Shown: positions 28,547-42,053 of the stretch, piece by piece
Layout: the number at the start of each line of letters is the position of its first letter
How positions within the stretch are numbered: position 1 is the stretch's first letter
Assembly: GCA_044892525.1 (NCBI GenBank)
Contig: CM097888.1
Span: 16,244,001 to 16,308,000, forward strand
Length of the DNA: 64,000 nucleotides
DNA from: Schmidtea polychroa
Taxonomy: Eukaryota
Reading direction: 5' to 3'
Made by a program: the position numbers and the translations under genes
Notes under the pieces: model-generated
What the model saw: the letters and a program-made list of their open reading frames with translations, nothing else
Databases searched by the model: none
Told to the model about the DNA's origin: nothing

Positions 28547-29223
28547 TCGCGTCTATTTAGCATTGATTGTATTTTTCTGTTGGGTTGCGCACACAAACGC
28601 GAGGCAAGGTAATTTTAATTTTTATATTTTTATTATTTGATTTATTTTTTTGGAGTTTAGAGAAGTTTGTTTTAAAAAAGGTTTGTGGCGATTTTTTTTT
28701 AATAGAATAAGGATTTTTAAAAACTTTCGTTTTTATTATGAAATGGTTTAACTTAAAGAATGGATATGAATTCACAAGTGTTAACAATGATAGTAGCTCT
28801 AAGAATATCTTTGTTTATTTTAAATCTATTGCATCCGGCAATGCAATCTCATTAATTGATCTAGAAGTTCTTTTCAATATTCCCAAAGATGACAGGGGAT
28901 CCATGACTCAAATTATGTTGGAGACATTTAATGCACCAATGAAAGTTTTAATAATGATAATGGAGATGTTGATGAGTATGAATATTCAAATGTTGTTGAT
29001 AATGACAATGAAAATGTTTAAGGGAATAACAATGATGTATGTTTCAATTCAAGCAGTTTTTTCTTTGTACGCTGCAGGTCGTTCTTCGGGTATTGTTCTG
29101 GACTCTAGTGATCCTATATTACACACTATTGCAATTTATGAAACCTTATCAAGTGGTTCGACAATGTTTCCTGGTGTTGCTGTTCAAATACACAGCTCAA
29201 CTCCATTTCAAATATTTTTATGA
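28547..29223 (+). pseudogene. Hairpin module (copy B) followed by ORF built from actin fragments
   Basis: Module arms TCGCGTCT (28547-28554) and GCGCACACAAACGCGA (28587-28602); ORF 28738-29223 contains [55 protein letters not shown] and [12 protein letters not shown]. Confidence 0.8.
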
Positions 29224-30754
29224 AAACTTACCAGCCATTAATAAAGGATACTTAGCTGATTGTCAGATCAACGGATTGCCGGGAATAAAGAAAATGAGGT
29301 ATTAATTCTTCAATAAACCCAGTTGATTGTCAAATGAATGTTGCCCGGAATTTAAAGAATCGGTAATAAATTTTTCTACCAGAATAGAGAAAGGTTAATG
29401 TCAAATAAAATACTTTATAAACTAAGAAGCCCCAGTTGGTCGAAGAGTCATACAGATAAGAGTGATAAACCAGATGCGAGAAGCGGATCAAGATTTAGTT
29501 ACATCGACAAATGTTTAAATATCTCAACAGTTTAATGCCAGAATTTTTATCTATTATGTTTAGTTCAATGGTCATTTCTTCACTTTCTGCAGTTGGTAAT
29601 AAAATGATTTCAATTTTGTAATTAGTCAGACAAATATGATGATACTCTTACTTATTTATTTATTATTTACAGAAAAACTTCGTAGAAACATCATTAATAT
29701 TTACAAAGCTTCTTATAAAATTATAATTTTTTCTTACCTTGTAAATTTTTAAGATATTTACTTCATTTTGGATTCTTTATCAAGGTAATGGCCACGAAGT
29801 TCATCCGAATTCAAGATATTTGATCTCTCTGATTAGCGCTTATTCATGATAAACAAACAATAACAATGTCTACATAGGAGACTGTTGACTGAGGTCAACA
29901 AATAAAGCAAAAATTGTTTATATTTCCAATAGAAAGTTGTCACTTTATAACTGTTTAGCTGCAGATTTATGCATGACTATGTCTATTTCAGACATAGATT
30001 ACAGACTTGTGTAAAACAATTGGATTTTATAGGGAAAAATTAAATTTGTGAAATGAATGAAATTTAATTATTTGAAAAAGTGAATTAAATTCAAATTAAA
30101 ATAATCAAAAAAATGAATAAAAATGTGAAAACATAAAACTATTTAATCAATTTGTTGGTGTAACAATTTAAAATTAGTTCACATTTGTTTTTTAAGACAA
30201 CGAAATAAAAANNNNNNNNNNNNNNNNNNNNNNNNNNNNNNNNNNNNNNNNNNNNNNNNNNNNNNNNNNNNNNNNNNNNNNNNNNNNNNNNNNNNNNNNN
30301 NNNNNNNNNNNNNNNNNNNNNNNNNNNNNNNNNNNNNNNNNNNNNNNNNNNNNNNNNNNNNNNNNNNNNNNNNNNNNNNNNNNNNNNNNNNNNNNNNNNN
30401 NNNNNNNNNNNNNNNNNNNNNNNNNNNNNNNNNNNNNNNNNNNNNNNNNNNNNNNNNNNNNNNNNNNNNCAAAAATGTAACGAAACAGAAATTTATTAGA
30501 TTTATTAATATTTTATATTTGGACCATGACCTTTTCAACTTCCTTTTCATGATGTATTTATTGAATTTTGTATATAAATGATTTCTGAAAGAAATAAACA
30601 AATTACAGTTGTGCATTGCACGCATCAGAAAATCTTATGATAATTATGTCGAAACGACAATAAAAATGTGCACTGCAGAACACCGAAATCAGGAGTGTGT
30701 CACAGAAATTAGTCAATGTTCCGATTATCAATGTATACGGAAAAGTGTTCATGT

Positions 30755-30795
30755 CCTAATTAGGAAATTTGTGTTTTGTTTTCCTGCTATATAAA
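30755..30795 (+). promoter_or_regulatory. Actin-3 consensus CArG box and TATA box
   Basis: CCTAATTAGG = CC(A/T)6GG at 30755-30764, TATATAAA at 30788-30795. Confidence 0.75.
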
Positions 30796-30861
30796 CGAAT
30801 ATGTCCACATTTTAATTTCAGTTTAATTTCAATATCTTTTTTTAATCGATACCTAAAATAA

Positions 30862-32044
<1,183 letters not shown>

Positions 32045-33514
32045 ATGTCTAATTTTAATAATAATTAGGACAATTCAATTTCCCCAATTTAGCTTGCCTC
32101 TTTTGAGGAATTTTGTTAAATAAAAATTTCACATTTGTTTAATGTTCTTTATTGAAATTTAATTAATTTCACGAATTTTTGCTAATAATTTAACAAACAA
32201 ATTTAAAAAATAAAATTCTGTAATTATTAATTGATTTTTCATAAAGTTTATTTGGCGAAGTTATACAGTATTCAAAAAGGTGAAAATTATTTTCATCATG
32301 TTTTAAAACTGATAAATTATTAAACAATTGCAAAAAGCTTTTTCGAAAATCGTGTTAAATAGAAAACAAAATATTGATCTGTAGGATTAAAATTTTTGAT
32401 TAAAATATTAAGAAATTATCAATGATAAAAAATATTATAAAAATTTATTGATAGAATAATCAAGCAATATTTATTAATTTTTTTATTTTGGATTTTAGTT
32501 GATGAAATTTATTATTCTTTTATTCATTTCTTTTAATTTTCGTTATATTACTTAAAAATAGTCAGTAAAGGAAAATTCCAATTAATAAAAAATAAAATTT
32601 TATACGTTAAGTAGTAGATTAATAAGTTATCATGGCTATTGTTTGCTTTCCCCTGCCGGAAAGAGTGAAAACGACATACTCACCATACTCAAACGTATCA
32701 CTCATACGTCAATTAAATATTTTATTAATTAAAATTTATGCAATTACTTTTATTTTTTTTTAATTCTTCTCATTTAATATATAATTAAATTTAATTTCGT
32801 ATTTCCATCCGTTTCTTGGTACGAGAATAAATTTTCTATGGAGAATTATACTTTATTAGAACTAATTTTAGATAATATTTTTTCACTTCTCTTTAACTCT
32901 ATGGCAGCCAATGAGGTCGAAAACGACCGAAACATGTTAAACGCGTCCACGTTGAATAAAACGCACCCATTCAATTCTATTTACTGCACATTGGTGTAAC
33001 TTGATGCTCGTCTGATCAATTTATTTATAAGTTGTTTTTCATTTTGGAAGTCTTAGATTCCATAAAGGCATTCGTAATCGTAACACAAAGAAAATTGAAG
33101 GATTCCAGAAGAGTGGTAGGTTTTGAATAAGTTTTGAATAATAATAGGTCTGGCAGAGGTCTACTCTTGTCATACTGAAGACGTTTGGTTTAATTAACAC
33201 AGGTAGTAACGAATCTAATGCCCATTAGAGTCCGGTTAACTCGGGTTGAAGAAAAATTAATTTAATAATATTTTTGGAAGGTATTTATATTTTCAGTTTT
33301 GGTTAACACTACTATCAATTATTTGGTAAACTTATATAATGAGATATCAGGGTTTGAAGTGTTAAACATATACCAAAAATTTTATTTTTAATATTTTTTT
33401 ATAAAATGATGAGCCAATAGAACTATAATTTTATCAGAACTAGTTTAAAAAGTCTAAACGAGCTTTTTCCAATATTTTTTATCAACCGTCACATTATTTA
33501 CAGTAATGTTTCGA

Positions 33515-33624
33515 CCAGTCAGAGGGGGATTGCCTCTGGACTGGCAGTTTTGGCTTTTTTCTATCGCGTCTGTGTGCGCGGTCTGGTTAGACCGGTTATT
33601 GTGGGTGTGCGCACACAGACGCGA
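33515..33624 (+). other. Double-hairpin module (copy C, best preserved)
   Basis: Hairpin 1 CCAGTC-AGAGG/CCTCT-G-GACTGG (33515-33544); perfect 16-bp inverted repeat 33564-33579 / 33609-33624 with internal GGTCT-GGTT-AGACC hairpin. Confidence 0.85.
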
Positions 33625-33742
33625 GCAATGGAAATGCGATGGATTGTTAAATTGGCGATTTCGGGAATTTTGGTTTGTTTATTTCGATGAAATTTTGTGG
33701 AATTGTTAAAAAAATTTTGTTTTAAATTGGTAAATTTTTGAA

Positions 33743-34458
33743 ATGGATTTTGGAAGAATGGCGGTCGGAATGGATTTGCGATGTGATGTAGGTTGTGATC
33801 AAAAATTCTGTCTTACATCTTTTCGAAACATTAACTTTGTGAAAGGTGATCTCATTTATACTGGTTTCCAAGGAAAAATTCCCGATAAATTAATTGTATC
33901 GATTGTCACGGAACTTTCACAGTTGTTGCCATCATTTTTCATGATTATGCATGGGATCGAGTCTTCTAAATTCACAGATAAGTACGTCAATAAAAACAAC
34001 GATATTGTATTATGTATTCGTAAGAAAATAATATTGAATCATGCTATGTCGGATTTTTCAAATCGATTTGTTTACAAAACGGAAATCAGAAATTATTTAA
34101 TTGAAGAATTATCCAACAGATTTTCTCAGTTGTCCGAATTAAAACATTTGGGTAAGTCGAAGTTTGAAATCGCGCGTGTGCTTCGACGGAAACTGCTACT
34201 GGATAAAATGGCATATGACGATAAAATGACTTGCGATATAATATGTTTGTCTATGTCTATGTTTATATTGATCAATTCAATTCCCAATCGGCTGAGAGGA
34301 GACCATTAGGATGTTCAATGATGGCATTATCTTATAATCTTGAACTGGACAAAATGTTATTATTCAAAAATGATCCACGTGCACCTTTGGAGGAAAATAA
34401 AACTGTTCATCTCCTCGTTGATCTAATTCACAGTAATCAAATTATGCAACAAATCTAA
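33743..34458 (+). CDS. Intronless 188-aa ORF plus overlapping 75-aa ORF, unknown; faint DOCK-family resemblance
   Basis: Long open frame in AT-rich DNA directly after the hairpin module; IPDKLIVSIVTELSQLL, DIVLCIRKKIILNH and ERRPLGCSMM loosely recall the DOCK N-terminal helical and DHR-1 segments in order. Confidence 0.35.
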
Positions 34459-35029
34459 ACATGATGTCTATATTTCAGAAAAAATATTTAAAATAAACAA
34501 TAACTTTCATTTTAATTATAAAAATTATATTTAATTCGAAATTAAATTTTTTAAAAGGTAAATAATCACATTAAAATAATATATAAATAGTTTATATAAA
34601 GTATGTGCCTAGTGTTCTGAATACAAATAGTGTACACCCGTTTCCACATGTTAAAAGTCTCTATAATGCATGTTGGTGTGTTCATCAATCGATGACTCAC
34701 CATTTATGAGAATGTTTATTTCATTTTTTCATTCTCAATTCAATTTTATTTATGGTTTTAGAAGTAAGTTTTTTAAATTTAAGTATATTTTAAGGCTTGA
34801 ATTTTGATTTCATATAATTATGAGATCATTATTCAAGCTCTTAAATATTACTTGTAATCAGCATTTATAATATATTTATAATATATTGATAATTAAATTT
34901 CAGGTGCTTTTTTAGGTATTTTATGATATGTTATGAATTTGGAATTATTTCAATAAAATGTAAGTTATATATATTTTTAACTAAAAAGAAATAAAATAAT
35001 CACCAAAAACATTTATTTTTTTAAGAAAT

Positions 35030-35145
35030 AATGGTTCCAATCGATTTTTTGGAGATTCCCAGTAATCTTCCAAAATCTTTATAATTTTCTCCATTTTCAT
35101 ATGGATTGATAAGACGGATTTTGTCATTTTCTGAAATTCTTTGAA
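35030..35145 (-). mobile_element. Tc1/IS630-like HTH remnant
   Basis: KISENDKIRLINPYENGENYKDFGRLLGISKKSIGTII has a helix-turn-helix pattern typical of transposase N-termini. Confidence 0.4.
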
Positions 35146-38100
35146 AATATTATTTTTTTTTTAGTTATTAAAATTTACGATTTTCGAATTTTTTTCTTCA
35201 ATTCCAAAAATGTCGATGGAACTTGTTGAATATCTTCACACAAAGGCGTTTGACTAGAAATATCTGATATGCTGTAAAATATTTTAATTATTTGTAATTA
35301 AATAAAAAAATTCTTACATTGTCAGATCTTCACCTTCGCAAAATGGAAATGTCTCCAAAGAAATATCTGAAAATCTAAAGAAATATTAACTTCAAAAATA
35401 TTTTATAAATAGATCTTACGATGTTTTGTCGTCCATTTCTCAAAAACTCAAAGTTGAGTTGTCAGATTCAAAATCCAAATTTTTTTCAGCCATGAATTTT
35501 AATAATTTTAAATTAATGATATGTTAACAGTATGTTAATGACTCTCTACTTTCGGAACAAAAAAAGCTATATTAAATTTGCGTGTATTTTATATTATGTG
35601 TCCTGTGTTTGTATGTAAAATTATTTTTCTGTCACTTTCTCAATTCCTATAATAAAACTTTCTACATTCGGAACATTAAATTTTTGCACACAGGTAAGTT
35701 TGTGTGTTGCTATAATATAATTTTATCGATTTTTTTTTTAGATTATAGAAACTCTTATATTGTGGAAACGGGTGTATTAGTATGAATATGACACCAGAGC
35801 TTTAAGGCGTCCGCCCTCCACTTTCCCTTCATCCACCGCGAACACGAAAAGTTGCAGTGTTAACTGCGCTGATGAACTACCTCACTCCTCGTAACTCATA
35901 TGTTAATCATTTTATTAACTTGTTTGATCTATTGGCTGTGAGCAGGAAAATGTTTGGAGTTCTTGTAATGATTTTAGATCTACAAAAATGATTCCACTTC
36001 ACAGAAGAATAGAAACAAAAAACGAGATAAAAATCTTTAATTCACTATTAAATTGTACAAAATGCAGTAAAACAAATTCAAATTCTTTTAAATTAATTTA
36101 TTTCTTGATTCAATTTTTATAAATTTTAATGGGGATTTTTGATTATTTAACATTTATTTTATTTCTTAATTTTTGTATTTTATTTAATTTTTACTAGTTC
36201 TGGACATTTCGATCATAAAATTACATTTATTTTTGGTTAAAATTAGTTTTTATCCAACACAAGAAAAATTTACACAAGAACCATAGTCCTCTGAGCTTTT
36301 GATAAAAATTTATAAATGAATAATTAAATCATTAAAATTTATGGTCACTATGGTCAGGTGAGTTTTGATAACAAAATCTTCAAGTTTTCAAAATTTCAAT
36401 ACTTAGTGTCAAATTTCAGATTTTCAAAAGTGATTGTCAACCAGTGATAATTTTTCAATTTATTTTATTTACACTAATGATTTGCAGTTGTACTCATTTT
36501 AAATTCAAATATATATTTCAATAAAATAACAGATTATTAAAATAAATATTAATATAAATCCCAATATCGTTACTATAAATATATATTTATATTCAAGTCT
36601 TTAAGTACCAATATCTTCACATTCTGATACATTTTATTCCAACGAATCATAGTTGTGAACTCCCCTAAATATGATATCGGGTTAGCTCTTAACGCACCTC
36701 TGAATGAAATATCTAACTGGTTTAATACTGGACTGACACACTTTCTCCGAATTACCTTTGACATCACCCTAACAAGAGTGCCTGTATCCCACAATATTTC
36801 TAAAACACACACAAGATAAATAAAAATGAGACAAAAGAAATAAGTATCACATTAAATAAACTCAAACACAACATATATAGACAACAGCAGTAAGCACATT
36901 TGAATTAAATGGCGATGGGAAGGGATAAGAACGGAAATTAGAAAGATTTCCACGAATAACATCGAAAAATGGCTGAGAGATAACAATTATAGCCGAAAAA
37001 CTGGAAATTCATTAAAAATTGCCAAATTCATCATGGACACCAAGCAACGTAACAAAGTTAACCAAAAATCAACATCCAATTTTTAAAATGACAAAAGGTG
37101 AAAAGAAAGAACTTAAGAATTAAAAGAAAATAAGAACTAGACACAAACATTGAGGAAAACAACAGAAAATAGTTTCAAATGCCCATATCCATCATGGCGG
37201 CAAAAAATAAATAAAATATAAAAACCAGAAAATTAATTATAAGTTAAAAGAAATCGCCATTAAAATTGATAAAAGTAAAAATTCGAAATTAAGTAGAATA
37301 ACAAAAATTAAAATTTGTTTTATTGAATCAATGCACGCGCTCATACTCGCACAACAAAATTTCGGTCACAAAAAAATCCTTCTACTCTTGTATGATTTTA
37401 TGGCAATATTTTTCGCAGGAAACTTCAACAGGGATGATTATTTTTGTTTGTGTACATTTGTCAAAGATCATTTGTACAATTATGAAAATATAAGGTTGTG
37501 AAAATCATCGTTAGTTTTCAATTTCCTTTTTCGAACAAGCGAGATTGTTCCAAACCCTAATTTCTTCTTTTCAGGCCCATAGCAACTACTATTGCAAGAT
37601 AATGAAATGAACCACAACCCGGAGTGTTGGTGTTAATGCGGCGTGTATATGGAACAGTTTTACTAGCCTGTATATCAGGTATTTCGTGGTGACCTATATA
37701 GACAATGGACATCATTGACACTTTATTAACCTAGAATGGAAATTGAAAATAAAAGTTTTCAGTCAAATTTCACCGTCTTAGTTGATTTTTCCGCCATGTG
37801 GCTGCATTGTACACGTCTTATGCCAGCTCTGTCGGTACATATAATTTACTTTATATAATAAATCAAAATTTACATTTATCAATTTTTATGGAAATGTCAA
37901 TTAGAGGGGTATTGAATAACTAGGTTAAGAGGAATAAAGTAATGGGTTGGAAATTAAGTGTAATGAACAACTGGGAGGAATGTTTTAACTATATGAATGA
38001 GATTTAAAACTTACATCGAGGCCAAATAGGACTAAATTGGTAGTGCATTTCATTCGTTAAAAATGTGCAAAATTCCAATGGTGCCTCAAATAAATTTAGC

Positions 38101-38270
38101 TCATCGTCCTAAAAATTTGAAGTTGTATCTCTGGAATTTACCGCTCCAAACGAGGCTCATTTGTATTTCATAAGTTAACAATAACTTGAATTAATTTCCA
38201 AATAAAAATGAATATCATTGATTTGGAATAAAATCTATCCAAATGAAAATTTGATTAAAAATTTGAAGTA

Positions 38271-40341
38271 ATGTCTTTGAAACTCTATTGGAATCCAAAG
38301 AATCCTACACATCAATTGATTCCCATTACTTTAGTTGCAACTGGTGTTGTGTATGAAGATATTAGACTACCCGATGACAGTACCCATCGTGGAAAGATAC
38401 CCCCTTACATTGAAAATGCAGACGGGAAAGTCTTAGATAAAACTTTAGCCATAGCGAAATTTTATGCAAAACGAAAACATTACATGGGGAAAGATGATTG
38501 GGATCTTTATTGCATTGAAAAAGGAATTAGTTTAGTAAGATTATTTTATAATTAATTAAAAATAATTTTTAATATTTTTTGTTTGTTTTTGTATTCAATT
38601 CTGATAATAAAATGAAACTATTTAAATTGTAAAATATTTGAATTCTGTAAAACTTATTTTAAAATTTCCTGTTGCCTTTTAAATTCAGTTAAAATCTTCA
38701 AGTTATCCTTATAATATGATTTCTAGATTAGCAAGATCGTAAGGATTCTCAGTGGCATATTAAACAGGAAATGCGAAAGGAGTGAATGGGACAAAGACCA
38801 AGAATCATATTTGAAGGTAACTAAATTAATAATTTCTTAATTTTAATATTAATTATTATTTTCTCGCTTATTGTTATAAACGTTTCCATAAATACACTTT
38901 CAAATTTAGTTATTTTTTATGAATTTTTTAATAATTTAGTAAACTGTTAATACCTAATTCCGGCACCAAATTTTATTTTTAAAAACTAGTTGAATTTATG
39001 AATATCAAAGTAACTCTAATATAATAAAATTCCTTTCGCCAGAAAAACATTTACTATAAACAAATTTTATAATAGCCGATTACCTTAAAATGGGACGTAC
39101 AGTACAGTGCAAGCGCTATTGCCACATACTTATTTTACAATATTCATTTCTTTTAATATTCAACTTGAGTATATATGGTGGAACATAAGACTAATTGGTA
39201 CAATATATTTATTGAATTTCACATCTTTGTAAAAAGTGTATCTGGTATTTGCGAATTTAATTTAACATTTCTTTTAATTCGACTCTCTTGACTTCGGGTT
39301 GTTTGATTATTCAATTGTGATGGTGCAGTCTCCATTATACGAGCGTAATTGTTGATTTGAACTTGATGTATTCATTGACTGAATGTTCTGTGGTCTGACG
39401 ACGAGTAGGAGTATCAGCAGTAGCTTTACAAGATTTATCATTTGCAATGTGCATTTGATATATAGATGAAACATTTCGTTGATCCACAAATTGTTCCAAT
39501 TCAAGAGTTTTGAGCATATTTTTATTGATTTAAAAGATGGGGATGTTTGAAAGAAAAGTATATATATATATATGCATATTAAAACAATGTATTTTAATTA
39601 ATATAATTTAATAATATTTGCAATTTAACCATTAAAAAAATTAATTTGAAAGTCAGATAGTCCCCGTCGAAGTACGCGAAGCGTATCGAGAGATGAAAAG
39701 CGATAGTGTTGTCGGTTGTTCCGTGTATTCGTCTATGTTATAATCTTTGGTTATTTGATTGTTTGGTATTTCGTAGTATTCAAGAGTACAAAAGGAAGGT
39801 TTTAATCTGGAAAGGTTAACCATTATGTAGTTGTTGTCGATCTCTAGTTTTGCTGTATTTTTGTACAGCTCTATAATATGGAATGGACCTTTGAATCTGG
39901 GTTTGAGGTTCGAAGAGTCGATTATTCTTATCCATGTTTGAGTTGCTGAGGAAAGAGACTGTGTATATTGTTTGTACGACATGGAATATGTGAATCGCGG
40001 ATTATTATCTAAGCTCCAAATATGTTCGTGAGTGAGATTGATCTCGTCTAACAGTAAGTGATTGTAAAGATCAATGAGTTTGGTATGAAAGTATTGGATC
40101 CAAACAAAAGTTGTGAAGGAGACACGCCGCTTGAACGATTGATGTGTTGTGTCAGCCTATTAAAACAAATGGTAATGCTTTGATCCATTTTGATCCATAA
40201 TTCACTTGAGAAAGGCAGTGCCGAAAATTCGTGAGTATCAACAAACATCGATATATTACAGATTTATAGTCTTCAAGCTCTCTTTTCAATTCAATGGATA
40301 AAATAATCAGTGGTGAAATTGGAAGAAATAAAAGTTCTTAT

Positions 40342-40398
<57 letters not shown>

Positions 40399-40689
40399 TT
40401 ATTTATTTTTAAATCTATTTTCAGTTTCCAAATGATTAATAAAATTAATAGGATAATAATAATAGTTTTTATATTTTAGCATATTGACAAGTTGATTACC
40501 GAAAATGGTCATGGGTTTCTTGTCACAAAAGGAATAACACTGACAGATTTATACTTTTTAGTCATGATGAATTATTTGAAATTCACTACATTTTCTAAAA
40601 CATTGGAAAATCATCCAAATTTCATTACAGTTCATGAAAAAATACTGGCAACTCTACCTCTAGTTAAGGAATATTTAGAAAAGCCTTAA
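38271..40689 (+). CDS. Divergent glutathione S-transferase-fold protein (sigma-like), 3 exons, 187 aa
   Basis: Exon 1 38271-38534 (KLYWN...GVVYEDIRL...GKIPPYIENADGKVLDKTLAIAKFYAK), exon 2 38727-38816, exon 3 40480-40689 (NGHGFLVTKGITLTDLYF...HPNF...LPLVKEYLEKP*); all phase 0, GT-AG. Confidence 0.82.
39653..40248 (-). mobile_element. Gypsy LTR-retrotransposon integrase remnant in GST intron 2
   Basis: SGVSPSQLLFG (end of integrase core) followed by LKPRFKGPFHIIELYKNTAKL...VNLSRLKP (GPY/F module). Confidence 0.8.
40345..40393. repeat. (AT)n microsatellite
   Basis: AT dinucleotide run in GST intron 2. Confidence 0.9.
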
Positions 40690-41804
40690 AATTCTTTTTG
40701 ACATTAATTTTCTAAATAATTAACTTTTTATTCATTTGTTAATAAATTATGCATTCGTTTACATTTAAATAAAGCCTACAGTCAGCCTATATTTCATATT
40801 TAGTTTTGTCGGATTTCCGCACGCATTTTTTTTAAGAAACAAAAATACAATAATTCGGTTTGCTCGGCATAGTTCCTGAGAAAGCTGTCTTTATTGCTTC
40901 TGTTATCGAAATCTATTTATTACCTTTTCTTATCAAACAATGTTTATTATACAATCTTCAAATATTTCTGTATTGCTTCTGTGAAAGAAGATCATTTGTT
41001 TCTCTTTTACCGTTAAATTCCATCAAAAATTAAACTTGATATAAGATTGAAATTAACATAATTTTCACTCTAACCATAATTGAATATCAATCTTTTACTA
41101 CACCAAGATTTTGAGATTGGTAAATTCTAAAAATATAATTTTTATATGGTGTGTTATTGGTAAGCAAAATTATACCTTTTTGTGCAGTTTCCACTATAAC
41201 CCATAATACAAAGCTTCCCTACCAAACGATATCCGTTAAATGTGTAATGTTGGTTATGTGTTGAATGGGTGAATGTTAGTAAAAAGTTAGCTCACTCTGG
41301 TGAATATGCGCATGAGTCCACGCACTACCGATGGAAAACGTGCAACGGAAACACACAAGAATTGTAAGAAAATTAAATCTGCATAAATCAGTCAAAAATT
41401 TATTACTTACAAAAATATATCATTCATCTCAAAATTAATCGATTTGCAAATGGATAGCCATCGTTTCCCTTTTCAGGCGAAAATTGCATTTCCCCAACAA
41501 TCAAATATTTCAAACTAATCAATCATAAAACTTTTTAAGAATTTTTAAAATCATCAGAACTTTAAAATTCTATTCACCAACATATGCAAATGCTTTCGAT
41601 CCCCATAGCAACGCAGTTGACCTAGATACCGTAAGCAAGTACACTTGTACAATTTTCATATTTGTTTTTAAATTATTTTAACAATATATTTTAATATTTA
41701 TGCGGACTTTTTAGCAAGCATAAGTTAACAATTGAATAGGAACTAATTATACACAAATATTTTTTATTGAGCATTTATTAGATAATTACAAACATGATTT
41801 ACAC

Positions 41805-42053
41805 CAGCCATGGCCAACCGGTGGCCCGCGAAGCGTTTTGATGTGGCCCGGACACAATTTTAAACATCAAATCAATAATTGTCTTTTTTAGAATTCATAT
41901 TCGAATTAAGCATGATTTTAATTTAAAAAATTGATTCTAAGTTTACTTGAATCGTAAAAACGAGTTATATTTATTTAAATGAATTTATTGTGTGCCGTGA
42001 TAGTATTTTTCCGAAAATTTTGCCCTTCTATTGATTTGGGTTGGCCACCACTG
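41805..42053. mobile_element. hAT-type MITE (249 bp)
   Basis: CAGCCATGGCCAACC / GGTTGGCCACCACTG (12/15) with perfect 8-bp TSD ATTTACAC. Confidence 0.9.

Noticed and set aside
34700-36480. Cluster of consensus splice donors suggesting a small multi-exon membrane-protein gene
   Set aside because: I could not join the candidate exons into one open frame; the first junction tested gives a stop.
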